A stretch of 32,000 nt of DNA. Source: an uncultured Chloroflexia bacterium. GTDB lineage: Bacteria > Chloroflexota > Anaerolineae > JAAYZQ01. Below, piece by piece: positions 19,295-27,802 of this stretch (the stretch's first letter is position 1; the number at the start of each line of letters is the position of its first letter). The stretch spans positions 125,769-157,768 of the forward strand of contig CAVVMX010000006.1 of assembly GCA_963749455.1 (NCBI GenBank). The letters are read 5' to 3'. The notes under the pieces are model-generated. The model did not search any database. It saw only the letters and a program-made list of their open reading frames with translations, and had not been told where the DNA came from. The translations under genes and the position numbers were made by a program.

Positions 19295-20700
19295 TGCAAC
19301 TGGAGCTTCTCACGCCGGAGGATGTGGCGAGTGTTCATGCCGCCTCTATCCGCCTACTCGCCGAGATGGGGGTTCGATTCGGCAGCCGAAAGGCGCTGGA
19401 GATCCTGGCTGCTGCGGGCGCCCGCGTCGACCTGGACCGGAAAATGGTCTGGATGCCGGAGACGCTCGTCGAGGACGCCTTGCGTACCACCTCCGGCCAT
19501 TTCCGGCTGTGGAGCCGGGATGGCAGCCAGGTAGTGGACCTGCAGGATGGCCAGATCCGGGGCCATAACGTCGGCGGGTGCGTGCGGATCTTTGATTTCC
19601 TCAAGGGCGAGGCGCGAGACGCAACGCAGGGCGACCTAGTGCAGCTGACTGTTCTCCTGGATGCCCTCGAGAATATCCACGTCTGCCGGCCCATGGTCTA
19701 TCCCCGCGACTTTCCCACCATGCTGCGCGACATCTTTATTCTCGGCACCATGCTCCGGCACACCACCAAGCCGTACGGAGTCACCGCCTACAGCCCGGAG
19801 AACCTCGTCTATATTCTCGAGCTGGCCGGCGTCATCGCCGGCAACCTGGAGAATCTGAGGAGCAGGCCGTTCCTCTGGGGCAGCGTCTGCCCAGACAGCC
19901 CTCTCTCTTACTCTGAGAGCACCTCGAACATCCTGATGCGATACGCCGAGCTTGGGTTGCCGGTTGCCATTGCGCCCTGCCCAATCTGCGGGGGAACAAG
20001 CCCCGTCACCCTGGCCGGAACGCTGGCCCAGCTGAATGCCGAGTTCCTGGCCGGCCTGGTCCTGGTGCAGGTCATCCAGCCTGGAATCGACGCCAAGTAC
20101 ACCGGCCGGCCCATACCCATGGACATGAGGACCGGCAATGCCACATTTGGCGCCGTTGAGGCGGGCATGATGTCCGCCGGAATTGTCCAGTTGGCCAGGC
20201 GCTACCGAGTCTGTTCTGACGTGTACGGCCTGGGTACTCGCTCCAGAGCGCTGGACGAACAGTCGGCGTACGAGAAAGCGATAAACGGCCTGCTGGTGGC
20301 GCTGGCCGGGGCCGATCTGGTAGCGGCTGCGGGGCTGCTTGAGGATGCGCTTACTTCTAGCGCAGAGCAGCTGGTGATCGACAATGACATCCTGGGTATG
20401 ATTTTCCGCGCTGTGCGCGGAATTGGGGTCACGCCCGAAAGCCTGGCCGTCGAAACGATCATGAAGGCGGGCATCGGCGGCAGTTTTCTGACCGAGCCGC
20501 ACACCCTGGCCCATATGCGAAAAGAGCTGTACCTGCCCAAGCTTGCCTCACGCCCAGCTTCCCAGGCGCTCCTGGAGGCAGCTGCTGACAGGGTCCAGAC
20601 CATTCTGGCGTCCCACCAACCCAAGCCGCTCGAGGCGGCGATGGTCGCCGAGATCGAGCGCATCCTGGACCGGGCGACCCGAACGCTGAGGGCACAGTGA
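19294..20700 (+). CDS. MttB/trimethylamine-methyltransferase family protein (non-pyrrolysine type, by absence of in-frame amber)
   Basis: VHAASIRLLAEMGVRFGS; RGHNVGG-like GHNVGGCVRIFD; YGVTAYSPENL; PIAIAP-like VAIAPCPICGGTSPVTLAGTLAQLNAEFLAGLVLVQ; SDVYGLGTRSRALDEQSAYEKAINGLLVALAGADLV. ATG overlaps yhfW stop. Confidence 0.9.
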   Translation: MQLELLTPEDVASVHAASIRLLAEMGVRFGSRKALEILAAAGARVDLDRKMVWMPETLVEDALRTTSGHFRLWSRDGSQVVDLQDGQIRGHNVGGCVRIFDFLKGEARDATQGDLVQLTVLLDALENIHVCRPMVYPRDFPTMLRDIFILGTMLRHTTKPYGVTAYSPENLVYILELAGVIAGNLENLRSRPFLWGSVCPDSPLSYSESTSNILMRYAELGLPVAIAPCPICGGTSPVTLAGTLAQLNAEFLAGLVLVQVIQPGIDAKYTGRPIPMDMRTGNATFGAVEAGMMSAGIVQLARRYRVCSDVYGLGTRSRALDEQSAYEKAINGLLVALAGADLVAAAGLLEDALTSSAEQLVIDNDILGMIFRAVRGIGVTPESLAVETIMKAGIGGSFLTEPHTLAHMRKELYLPKLASRPASQALLEAAADRVQTILASHQPKPLEAAMVAEIERILDRATRTLRAQ

Positions 20701-21023
20701 GCGACTTGGACAACAGCGACATCTGTGGACCTCGATGGTCACCCGTGACGGCGACCGAGATCACCGTCACCCTCTCCAGCAGGGCGAGCCTGCACGCCCG
20801 TCCGGCAGCGCTGCTGGTACAAGTGGCGAATGGATTTGCCTGTGATGTGCGCGTGTTCAAGGCCGGTGGTGGCTCGGCGAGTGGCAAGAGCATCCTGGGG
20901 ATCCTGAGTCTGGACGTAGGCCCCAGAGACACGATCACCGTTCGAACGGAAGGAGACGATGCTCAGCAGGCGCTCGCTCGCATCCGGGCGCTTGTGGAGA
21001 GCGATTTCGTAGAAGTGGAGTGA
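20697..21023 (+). CDS. ptsH: HPr-family phosphocarrier
   Basis: SRASLHARPAALLVQVA (phosphorylatable His in LHARPAA) and SASGKSILGILSLDVGPRDTI; GTG start overlaps upstream TGA. Confidence 0.9.
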   Translation: MSDLDNSDICGPRWSPVTATEITVTLSSRASLHARPAALLVQVANGFACDVRVFKAGGGSASGKSILGILSLDVGPRDTITVRTEGDDAQQALARIRALVESDFVEVE

Positions 21024-21182
21024 GGAAGGTTCCGGAAAGGGAAACGATCTGTCGAAATGGAGGTGAAAGGCGGCATATTCCAATGCGGGGCCCGCATGAC
21101 CTTGGCCAGGTCAGGTCGGCAGAATTCGGAAGCCCGCAGAAGCTTCCACTCTTGGTAACCAAACAATAAAGGAGAGAGGATC

Positions 21183-22868
21183 ATGAAACGCTTGAACCTA
21201 GTCGTATGCGTGTTGATGGTCGCCACCTTGGCCCTTAGCGCCTGCGGGGCGACGCCTACACCTCAGGTCATCAAGGAGACGGTGCAGGTCAAGGAGACGG
21301 TGCAGGTCAAGGAGACCGTCGAGGTCAAAGAGACCGTGCAGGTCAAAGAGACGGTGCAGGTCAAGGAGACCGTCGAGGTGGTCGTGACCGCCACCCCCGA
21401 GCCGACGCCTGCCCCGAAGAAGGGGGGGGTGCTGATCGCCGCGTATGCAACCGACGCCAAAGGCGTGGACCCGCACACGGCCACCAACTTCTCTGCCTTC
21501 CGCATCCTGGAGCTGACGTACGACTCACTGCTGGCATTCGACAAAGATCTGGCTGTGATTCCGAACCTTGCCGAGTCGTGGAGCTGGTCGGATGATGGGC
21601 TCGCGCTCACCCTGAAACTGCGCCAGGACGTCAAGTTCCATAGCGGCAACCCGCTCACATCAGCGGATGTCAAGTTCTCATTCGAGCGGATCCTGGACGA
21701 AGCTACCGGGGCCGCCGCGCGCTCCTACTTTACCAATATCACCAGCATCGATACGCCCGATGACTATACCGTCGTTCTGCACCTTGCTGAGCCGCAGGTC
21801 TCCCTTCTGGCGGCTATGACGAACGCAAACTCGGCGATCGTGGACTCCAAGGCGGTTCAGGCCGGCGCGGACCCGACCAAGACCGAAGTCGGCTCGGGTC
21901 CATTCAAGCTGGAGAGCTGGGAGCCTGACGTCAAGCTGGTCCTTACTGCCAACGAGGACTACTGGATGCCCGGCCTGCCATACCTGGACGGCATCGAATT
22001 CCGGACGATTCCAGACGAGAGCTCTATCCTGGCTGCGCTGCGCACCAAGCAGATCGATTGGGGCATCATCGCCGACCCGCGGGTGGCTATTGCCGCCGGA
22101 GCGGCCGGCAGCACGCTGGTGATCGACCGGGCGCCCGCGCTGTCGTACCACGTGATGCAGCTCAACGACAAAAAGCCGATCTTCCAGGATGTGCGCGTGC
22201 GGCAGGCCCTGTCATGCGCCATCGACCGGCAGCAGGTTCTGGACACCGCCTCGCTCGGCGAAGGCCAGGTAATCGGTCCGGTGACACCCCCCTACTATCG
22301 CCCCACCGACGCGGAGAGCCTCTACTGCTACACCCAGGATCTGGAGAAGGCCAAGCAGCTGCTGGCGGAGGCCGGCGTGACCACCCTCAAGTTCGCGATG
22401 ATGGCCACCACCGAGGAAATGCCCGTGACCGTCGCCGAGGCGCAGAACATCCAGGCGCAGCTCACCCAGCTGGGTATCGAGACGACCATCGACACAGTCG
22501 AGCTGGGTGTCTTTGTGGACCGCTGGTTCGCGACGGACTTTGACGCCGTGCTCACCGAGAACGGCGGCAACCCCGATCCCGACGTGATGCTCTATCGCTA
22601 TTGGCACAGCACCGGTAACCTGAACTCCATCGCGACCTATAACGCGCCCGAGATCGACGAGCTGCTGACCCAGGGCCGCACCACGGCCGATCCCGAGCAG
22701 CGCAAGGCCATCTACGCCGACGTCTCTCAGAAGCTGACCGAGGCGGCGCCCTGGATCTGGCTGTACGTGGGATACCAGTACCGCGTGATGCAGCCCTACG
22801 TCACGGGCTATACTTCGCTGGCGAATGGCTCTGCCATGTACTTGCGCGAGACGTGGCTCAACAAGTAG
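21183..22868 (+). CDS. Peptide/nickel-type ABC transporter substrate-binding lipoprotein (SBP family 5)
   Basis: Lipobox LALSACG; LAESWSWSDDGLALTLKLRQDVKFHSGNPLTSADVKFSFERI; VRQALSCAIDRQQVL; RBS ggagag upstream. Confidence 0.95.
   Translation: MKRLNLVVCVLMVATLALSACGATPTPQVIKETVQVKETVQVKETVEVKETVQVKETVQVKETVEVVVTATPEPTPAPKKGGVLIAAYATDAKGVDPHTATNFSAFRILELTYDSLLAFDKDLAVIPNLAESWSWSDDGLALTLKLRQDVKFHSGNPLTSADVKFSFERILDEATGAAARSYFTNITSIDTPDDYTVVLHLAEPQVSLLAAMTNANSAIVDSKAVQAGADPTKTEVGSGPFKLESWEPDVKLVLTANEDYWMPGLPYLDGIEFRTIPDESSILAALRTKQIDWGIIADPRVAIAAGAAGSTLVIDRAPALSYHVMQLNDKKPIFQDVRVRQALSCAIDRQQVLDTASLGEGQVIGPVTPPYYRPTDAESLYCYTQDLEKAKQLLAEAGVTTLKFAMMATTEEMPVTVAEAQNIQAQLTQLGIETTIDTVELGVFVDRWFATDFDAVLTENGGNPDPDVMLYRYWHSTGNLNSIATYNAPEIDELLTQGRTTADPEQRKAIYADVSQKLTEAAPWIWLYVGYQYRVMQPYVTGYTSLANGSAMYLRETWLNK
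21273..21380 (+). repeat. Six tandem 18-nt units encoding KETV(Q/E)V in the lipoprotein linker
   Basis: aaggagacggtgcaggtc-type unit repeated six times with synonymous changes. Confidence 0.9.
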
Positions 22869-22880
22869 GATAGAAACTAC

Positions 22881-22924
22881 GGGAAGTGGTCGGCGGTCAA
22901 AATGCCAGCCGCCGTCCACTTCCC
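22881..22924 (+). promoter_or_regulatory. Intercistronic mRNA hairpin between SBP and permease genes
   Basis: GGGAAGTGG-tc-GGCGG ... CCGCC-gt-CCACTTCCC, no U-tract. Confidence 0.75.
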
Positions 22925-22945
22925 AACGCGCAGAGTGAGACGGTC

Positions 22946-23899
22946 ATGCAGAGTTTCCTGTCCCGGCGGCTGATCGCATTCATACCCACCCTGTTGGGCA
23001 TCACGATCATCATCTTTATCGTGATGCACCTCATCCCGGGTGATACCATCGATGCCATGATCGGCACCGAGTTCAAGCTGACCGAAGTGCAGGCGCAGGC
23101 CCTCCGCGAATACTTTGGGCTGGATAAACCGCTGCCCGAGCAGTATGCGCGCTGGCTCCTGGCCGCCGCGCGCGGCGATTTTGGTTACTCTGTCCGCAAG
23201 GGAGAGCCTGTGCTGCCGCTGATCCTGCGCCACTTTCCTCTCACCCTCGAATTGGCGGTTCTGGGCATGGCAGTCGCCCTATTGCTGGGCATCCCGCTGG
23301 GTGTGCTGTCGGCCGTCAAACGCGATTCGCTGATCGACCTGATCGGACGCCTCTTTGCGCTGATCGGGCTGGCCGTGCCCGCATTCTGGCTGGGCACGCT
23401 GATCATCCTCGTCCTATCGCTGCGTTTCAATATCATGCTCAATGCCGGAAACTATGTCGACCTGTTCGAGGACCCCGTGGGGAATCTAAAACAGATGCTC
23501 TTTCCTGCTCTCGCCCTGGGCTTTGCGGCAAGCGCAGATGTGATGCGCACCATGCGCTCGGCCATGTTGGAGGAGCTGGGGCAAGACTATGCTCGAACGG
23601 CGCGCAGCAAGGGGTTGAGTGAGCGGGCGGTGATCTACAGACATTGCCTCAAGAATGCATTGATCCCCGTCATCACCATTGTTGGCCTTGAAACCGGCTA
23701 CCTTTTCGGCGGCGCCGTCATCGTCGAATCGGTCTTTGCCCTGCCGGGCGTCGGACGGCTCCTTCTGGATGCCATCGGCCAGCGAGACTATGCCGTGGTT
23801 CAGGGGACCATCTTGCTGATCGCCTTCAGTTTTGTCTTGGTGAACCTGTTGACCGATCTGGCCTATGCTTGGGTCAACCCGCGGATTCGCTATGATTGA
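22946..23899 (+). CDS. Peptide/nickel-type ABC transporter permease (DppB-like)
   Basis: MQSFLSRRLIAFIPTLLGITIIIFIVMHLIPGD; QDYARTARSKGLSERAVIYRHCLKNALIPVITIVGLETGYLFGGAVIVE. Confidence 0.95.
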   Translation: MQSFLSRRLIAFIPTLLGITIIIFIVMHLIPGDTIDAMIGTEFKLTEVQAQALREYFGLDKPLPEQYARWLLAAARGDFGYSVRKGEPVLPLILRHFPLTLELAVLGMAVALLLGIPLGVLSAVKRDSLIDLIGRLFALIGLAVPAFWLGTLIILVLSLRFNIMLNAGNYVDLFEDPVGNLKQMLFPALALGFAASADVMRTMRSAMLEELGQDYARTARSKGLSERAVIYRHCLKNALIPVITIVGLETGYLFGGAVIVESVFALPGVGRLLLDAIGQRDYAVVQGTILLIAFSFVLVNLLTDLAYAWVNPRIRYD

Positions 23900-24782
23900 G
23901 AGCGGCAGCGCGCGTCTTCGTGTTCCTCAATCGGGAGCTCTCCACTCGCGGCGTGCCCGCGGCGTTCTGCGGCTGTTCCGCAGCGGCAGCACCGTGATCG
24001 GATTGATCCTGGTCACCATCTATGTCGTCGTGGCGCTCTTTGCTTCGACGCTGGACGCCTACTCGCCGATCGAGCAGCATCCAAAGGACCGACTACAGCC
24101 ACCCTCCGCCAAGTACCTGCTGGGCACAGACGAGTTCGGGCGTGATATCCTAAGCCGGCTGATGCACGGCGCTACCAACTCCTTGCGTGTTGCCGTCCTG
24201 TCGGTGGCGATTGCGTGCCTGGTGGGAGCCAGCCTCGGCATATTGGCAGGCTACGCCGGAGGGCTGGTGGACAACGTCATCATGCGCGTGATGGACCTTT
24301 TCTTCGCCTTCCCTGCCATGCTGCTGGCGCTTTCAATTGTGACTGCCCTGGGACCGGGGATGAAGAACACCATCCTGGCCATTGCACTCGTCTACATGCC
24401 GATTTTCGCGCGTGTGGCACGCGGCCCCGTCCTTGCCGTCAAGACCATGGAGTTTGTGGATGCGGCGCGGTCAATCGGCGCGCAGCACTTACGCATCGTG
24501 GGGCGTCACATCCTGCCAAACATCACCGCCCCAATCCTCGTTCAGGTCAGCCTTGCACTGTCCTGGGCCATGCTCACCGAGGCCGGCCTCAGTTTCCTGG
24601 GGCTGGGGACCATCCCTCCAACGCCGTCGTGGGGAAGCATGTTGGCTGACAGCCGCAGACTGATGGAGCTCGCCCCCTGGACCGCCGTCTTTCCCGGTCT
24701 GGCGATCATGGTCGGCGTGTTGGGCTTTAACTTGTTGGGCGATGGCCTGCGCGACGTGCTCGACCCGCATCTACGGAACTAG
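23892..24782 (+). CDS. Peptide/nickel-type ABC transporter permease (DppC-like)
   Basis: HPKDRLQPPSAKYLLGTDEFGRDILSRLMHGATNSLRVAV; FVDAARSIGAQHLRIVGRHILPNITAPILVQ. Start overlaps the upstream stop. Confidence 0.95.
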   Translation: MIESGSARLRVPQSGALHSRRARGVLRLFRSGSTVIGLILVTIYVVVALFASTLDAYSPIEQHPKDRLQPPSAKYLLGTDEFGRDILSRLMHGATNSLRVAVLSVAIACLVGASLGILAGYAGGLVDNVIMRVMDLFFAFPAMLLALSIVTALGPGMKNTILAIALVYMPIFARVARGPVLAVKTMEFVDAARSIGAQHLRIVGRHILPNITAPILVQVSLALSWAMLTEAGLSFLGLGTIPPTPSWGSMLADSRRLMELAPWTAVFPGLAIMVGVLGFNLLGDGLRDVLDPHLRN

Positions 24783-24853
24783 CCCAGGCAACCCAATGGC
24801 GCAGCTCTCTTGCAGTTCTCGGAGATCGGTCGCCGGTGCAGATGGAGGAAGGC

Positions 24854-26569
24854 ATGCGGTGGCTTGAAGGTATCTTTGCCTCGGAGGGCGTGGCGATAGG
24901 CGCTGTCTGGATCTATCGCCCCCGTGCTATCGTAGCCGTTGAGCGCACAGTAGCCGCCCCGGAAGCCGAGTCCGCGCGCCTGGGGGCCGCTCTGGCGCGC
25001 GCCAAGGAAGAGTTGGATGCGCTGTACCACAATACCGCCGAGGTAGTGGGCGTCAGGACCGCCGGCATCTTCCAGGCACAACGGTTGATTCTGGAGGATC
25101 CGGAGCTACTCCACGCTGTCGAAGCTCATCTCCGCGCGGGAGCGAATGCGGAAACCGCGCTCGCCACAGAGGTCGAGCGGTTTGCTTCCATGCTGGCCGG
25201 CCTACAAGAACCCACCCTTCGGCAGCGTGCCGCCGACGTGCGGGATGTGGGCCAGCGCGTGCTGCACGTGTTGGCAGGAGCGGAGAGGATCTTGTCGGCT
25301 GCCCCTGGCGCGCCTGCCATCGTCGTCGCCCAAGATCTGAACCCCTCTGAGGTGGCGCAGTTGAACAGGTCTGAGACGCTTGGCATAGCCCTCGCGCGGG
25401 GCGGAAGCACTTCTCACGCGGCTATCCTGGCACGCGGCCTGGGGTTTCCGACCGTCGTCGGCCTCGGCGACCGGCTGCTCGACGCGGTTCAGAACGGCAT
25501 GTTCGTCATCCTTGACGGGCACGCAGGGCTTCTGATCGTGAGTCCGGAAGAAGCCCTGTTGCAGGACTATGGGACACGGCGGGCGCTCTGGCGTTCCGCG
25601 TGCGAAGCGGCGCGTGCCACTGCCCTGGACCCGGCGATCACACTGGACGGCCGCCGGGTAGAGGTTGTAGCCAACCTGGGCGATGGCACGTCGGCACAAG
25701 CCGCGCTGGCCTTCGGCGCGGAAGGGGTGGGCGTGCTGCGCACCGAGTTTCTCTTCCTCCAGCGCGGGGCGATGCCCGACGAGGAGGAGCAGTACATCGC
25801 CTACCGCGCCCTCGCCACGGCGATGGGCTCGCGGCCGCTGATTATCCGGACCCTGGACATTGGGGGTGACAAGGACATTCCCTATCTGGACTTGGGCCAG
25901 GAGCGCAATCCGTTCCTGGGCTACCGCGCGATCCGCATCTCGCTCACCCATCCCGAAATGCTCAAGACGCAGTTGCGAGCGATCCTCCGCGCGGCAGAGG
26001 GCTGCAATGTCAAAGTGATGTTTCCCATGATCGCGACACTCGACGAACTGCGCGCTGCGCGGCGTCTCCTGGAAGAAGCGCGGACGGAGCTGTGCGCGCG
26101 TCTCGGGGCATCTGTTCCCGGCATCGAGGTGGGGATCATGGTCGAAGTACCTTCGGCTGCCGTCTGCGCACCTGTCTTGGCGCGCGAAGTAGACTTTGTC
26201 AGCCTGGGTACGAACGATCTAATCCAGTATACGCTGGCCGCAGACCGCACGAATGAGCGTGTGCGGACCCTCTACGATCCCCTCCAACCGGCTGTCCTCC
26301 ACCTGGTCAAGAAGGTGATCGACGATGCGCATGCCGCCGGCATCTGGGCCGGCGTGTGCGGCGAGATGGCCGCCGACCTCGATGCTGTGCCGCTCCTGCT
26401 TGGCATGGGCCTGGATGAGTTCAGCATGAACGCGGCCACGATCCCCGAGGTCAAGGCCCTGATCCGTTCCCTCCGCTCTGATGCGATGCAAGACCTGGTT
26501 GCGCGCGCTCTGAAATTGCCCACCGCAGTGGAGATCCGTGCGCTGGTCCGCGGGCGGTCTGCGGTCTGA
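24854..26569 (+). CDS. ptsI: PTS Enzyme I (phosphoenolpyruvate-protein phosphotransferase)
   Basis: Active-site ALARGGSTSHAAILARGLGFPTVVGLG; GVGVLRTEFLFL; RTLDIGGDKDIPYL; NPFLGYRAIR; FVSLGTNDLIQYTLAADR; GVCGEMAAD. Start revised to ATG 24854 (gaggaagg RBS). Confidence 0.95.
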   Translation: MRWLEGIFASEGVAIGAVWIYRPRAIVAVERTVAAPEAESARLGAALARAKEELDALYHNTAEVVGVRTAGIFQAQRLILEDPELLHAVEAHLRAGANAETALATEVERFASMLAGLQEPTLRQRAADVRDVGQRVLHVLAGAERILSAAPGAPAIVVAQDLNPSEVAQLNRSETLGIALARGGSTSHAAILARGLGFPTVVGLGDRLLDAVQNGMFVILDGHAGLLIVSPEEALLQDYGTRRALWRSACEAARATALDPAITLDGRRVEVVANLGDGTSAQAALAFGAEGVGVLRTEFLFLQRGAMPDEEEQYIAYRALATAMGSRPLIIRTLDIGGDKDIPYLDLGQERNPFLGYRAIRISLTHPEMLKTQLRAILRAAEGCNVKVMFPMIATLDELRAARRLLEEARTELCARLGASVPGIEVGIMVEVPSAAVCAPVLAREVDFVSLGTNDLIQYTLAADRTNERVRTLYDPLQPAVLHLVKKVIDDAHAAGIWAGVCGEMAADLDAVPLLLGMGLDEFSMNAATIPEVKALIRSLRSDAMQDLVARALKLPTAVEIRALVRGRSAV

Positions 26570-26736
26570 CACCCGCTTCTGTTCGACACCGGCCTTCATC
26601 TCGACGACGGGTTTGCACATGCGCCCGGACGATCGAGTTCTGGGCCGCGCCTCTAGACATCCGCGTCGGACCTGCAGCGGCGATTTGACGAACCGGTCAA
26701 CAGCCGCTACACTGTGCGCGGCAAGATGGGGTGTGG

Positions 26737-26985
26737 CTACTCCTTGGACTGCTTGCGGCGGTGACGCCCAGGTTCGCCTTTATCGTCTGGTTCACCGCCG
26801 TGCTCGCCACGGGGCAGGTCGACGATCTCGGCGCCGACCTCGGCTGCGAGCTTTTCCAGTTCGGCCCGGCGGAACCGTACCTGGAACAGCTCCAGGTCGA
26901 GGTCCTCGATAGCGACGATGGCAAAGCGGGGCCGGCCTGTGCCCCGGCCGGCGCGACGCCGGCATCGGACAAAGATCTTGCTCAT
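26737..26985 (-). CDS. Small basic protein of unknown function
   Basis: ORF MSKIFVRCRRRAGRGTGRPRFAIVAIEDLDLELFQVRFRRAELEKLAAEVGAEIVDLPRGEHGGEPDDKG; divergent from 27093 gene. Confidence 0.5.
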   Translation of the reverse strand: MSKIFVRCRRRAGRGTGRPRFAIVAIEDLDLELFQVRFRRAELEKLAAEVGAEIVDLPRGEHGGEPDDKGEPGRHRRKQSKE

Positions 26986-27040
26986 ATGGCTCCTTTCTGG
27001 CCGGACCTGCCCGAGCCTGTCCGGCTGATCGTGGACAGTT

Positions 27041-27056
27041 TTGGGCAGATGCCCAA
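27041..27056. promoter_or_regulatory. Palindrome in the divergent intergenic region, candidate operator
   Basis: TTGGGCA-ga-TGCCCAA. Confidence 0.4.
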
Positions 27057-27092
27057 CAGTACAATACTCTGAGAAGGCAGGTTTGTCAAGTT

Positions 27093-27779
27093 ATGATCTT
27101 TATCGGTCTCGACGACACCGACACCCTGGAATCGCGGGGCACCGGCCACCTGGCGCGGCAGATCGCTGCCGCCCTGGCTGCCGACTATGCCGTGCTGGGC
27201 GTGGTCCGCCACCAGCTGCTGCGAGACCCGCGCGTGCCGTGCACCAAGAACAACAGCAGCGCGGCCATCCTGCTCGACGGCGACCGCACGGCGACCTCCG
27301 CCGAGCTGACCGAGCGGCTGCGGGCCATGATGCTGGACGACTTTCAGCCCGGCAGCGACCCCGGCCTGTGCGTCGCCAGCCTGGTGCCCCAGGCCGTGGT
27401 CGAGTTTGGCCGCCGCACACAGCGCGAGCTGGTCACCCAGGATGAGGCGCGTGCGCTCGCCGCTGCCCACGCGATCCCGCTGCTGGGCCTGGGCGGCGAC
27501 GAAGACGGGGTGATCGGCGCGCTGGCCGCCGTCGGGCTGGCTGCCAGCGGCGAGGATGGCCGCTACGTCCTGGTCGGCCGGCTGCGCGAGCTGGCCGGGC
27601 TTCAGCCGGTGCCGGCGCTGCTGGAGGCCGGCATCGCCGCCGTGCAGACCCTCGACGGCCAGCCGGTGACGACCGGCCTGGTGCAGACCGACAAGCTGCG
27701 CCCTGCCCGTCGCAGCGGCCGTCCCATCGCCGTCGTCGAGTGGGCCGGCGACTGCTGGCAACCGCTCAAGCTCGACTGA
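27093..27779 (+). CDS. TiaS-like (tRNA-Ile2 agmatinylcytidine synthetase family-like) protein
   Basis: MIFIGLDDTDTLESRGTGHLARQIAAAL ... RDPRVPCTKNNSSAAILL ... GLGGDEDGVIGALAAVGLA. Confidence 0.65.
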   Translation: MIFIGLDDTDTLESRGTGHLARQIAAALAADYAVLGVVRHQLLRDPRVPCTKNNSSAAILLDGDRTATSAELTERLRAMMLDDFQPGSDPGLCVASLVPQAVVEFGRRTQRELVTQDEARALAAAHAIPLLGLGGDEDGVIGALAAVGLAASGEDGRYVLVGRLRELAGLQPVPALLEAGIAAVQTLDGQPVTTGLVQTDKLRPARRSGRPIAVVEWAGDCWQPLKLD

Positions 27780-27802
27780 CCGAGAGATCTGGGGACAGAG
27801 CC

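Noticed and set aside
21273-21380. Tandem VKETVQ/VKETVE repeats as a possible novel element
   Set aside because: In-frame repeats in the low-complexity linker after the lipobox, known in lipoprotein binding proteins; listed as a feature but not as novel biology.
21273-21380. CRISPR array
   Set aside because: Units are contiguous 18-mers without unique spacers; no other repeat-spacer pattern and no cas genes seen.
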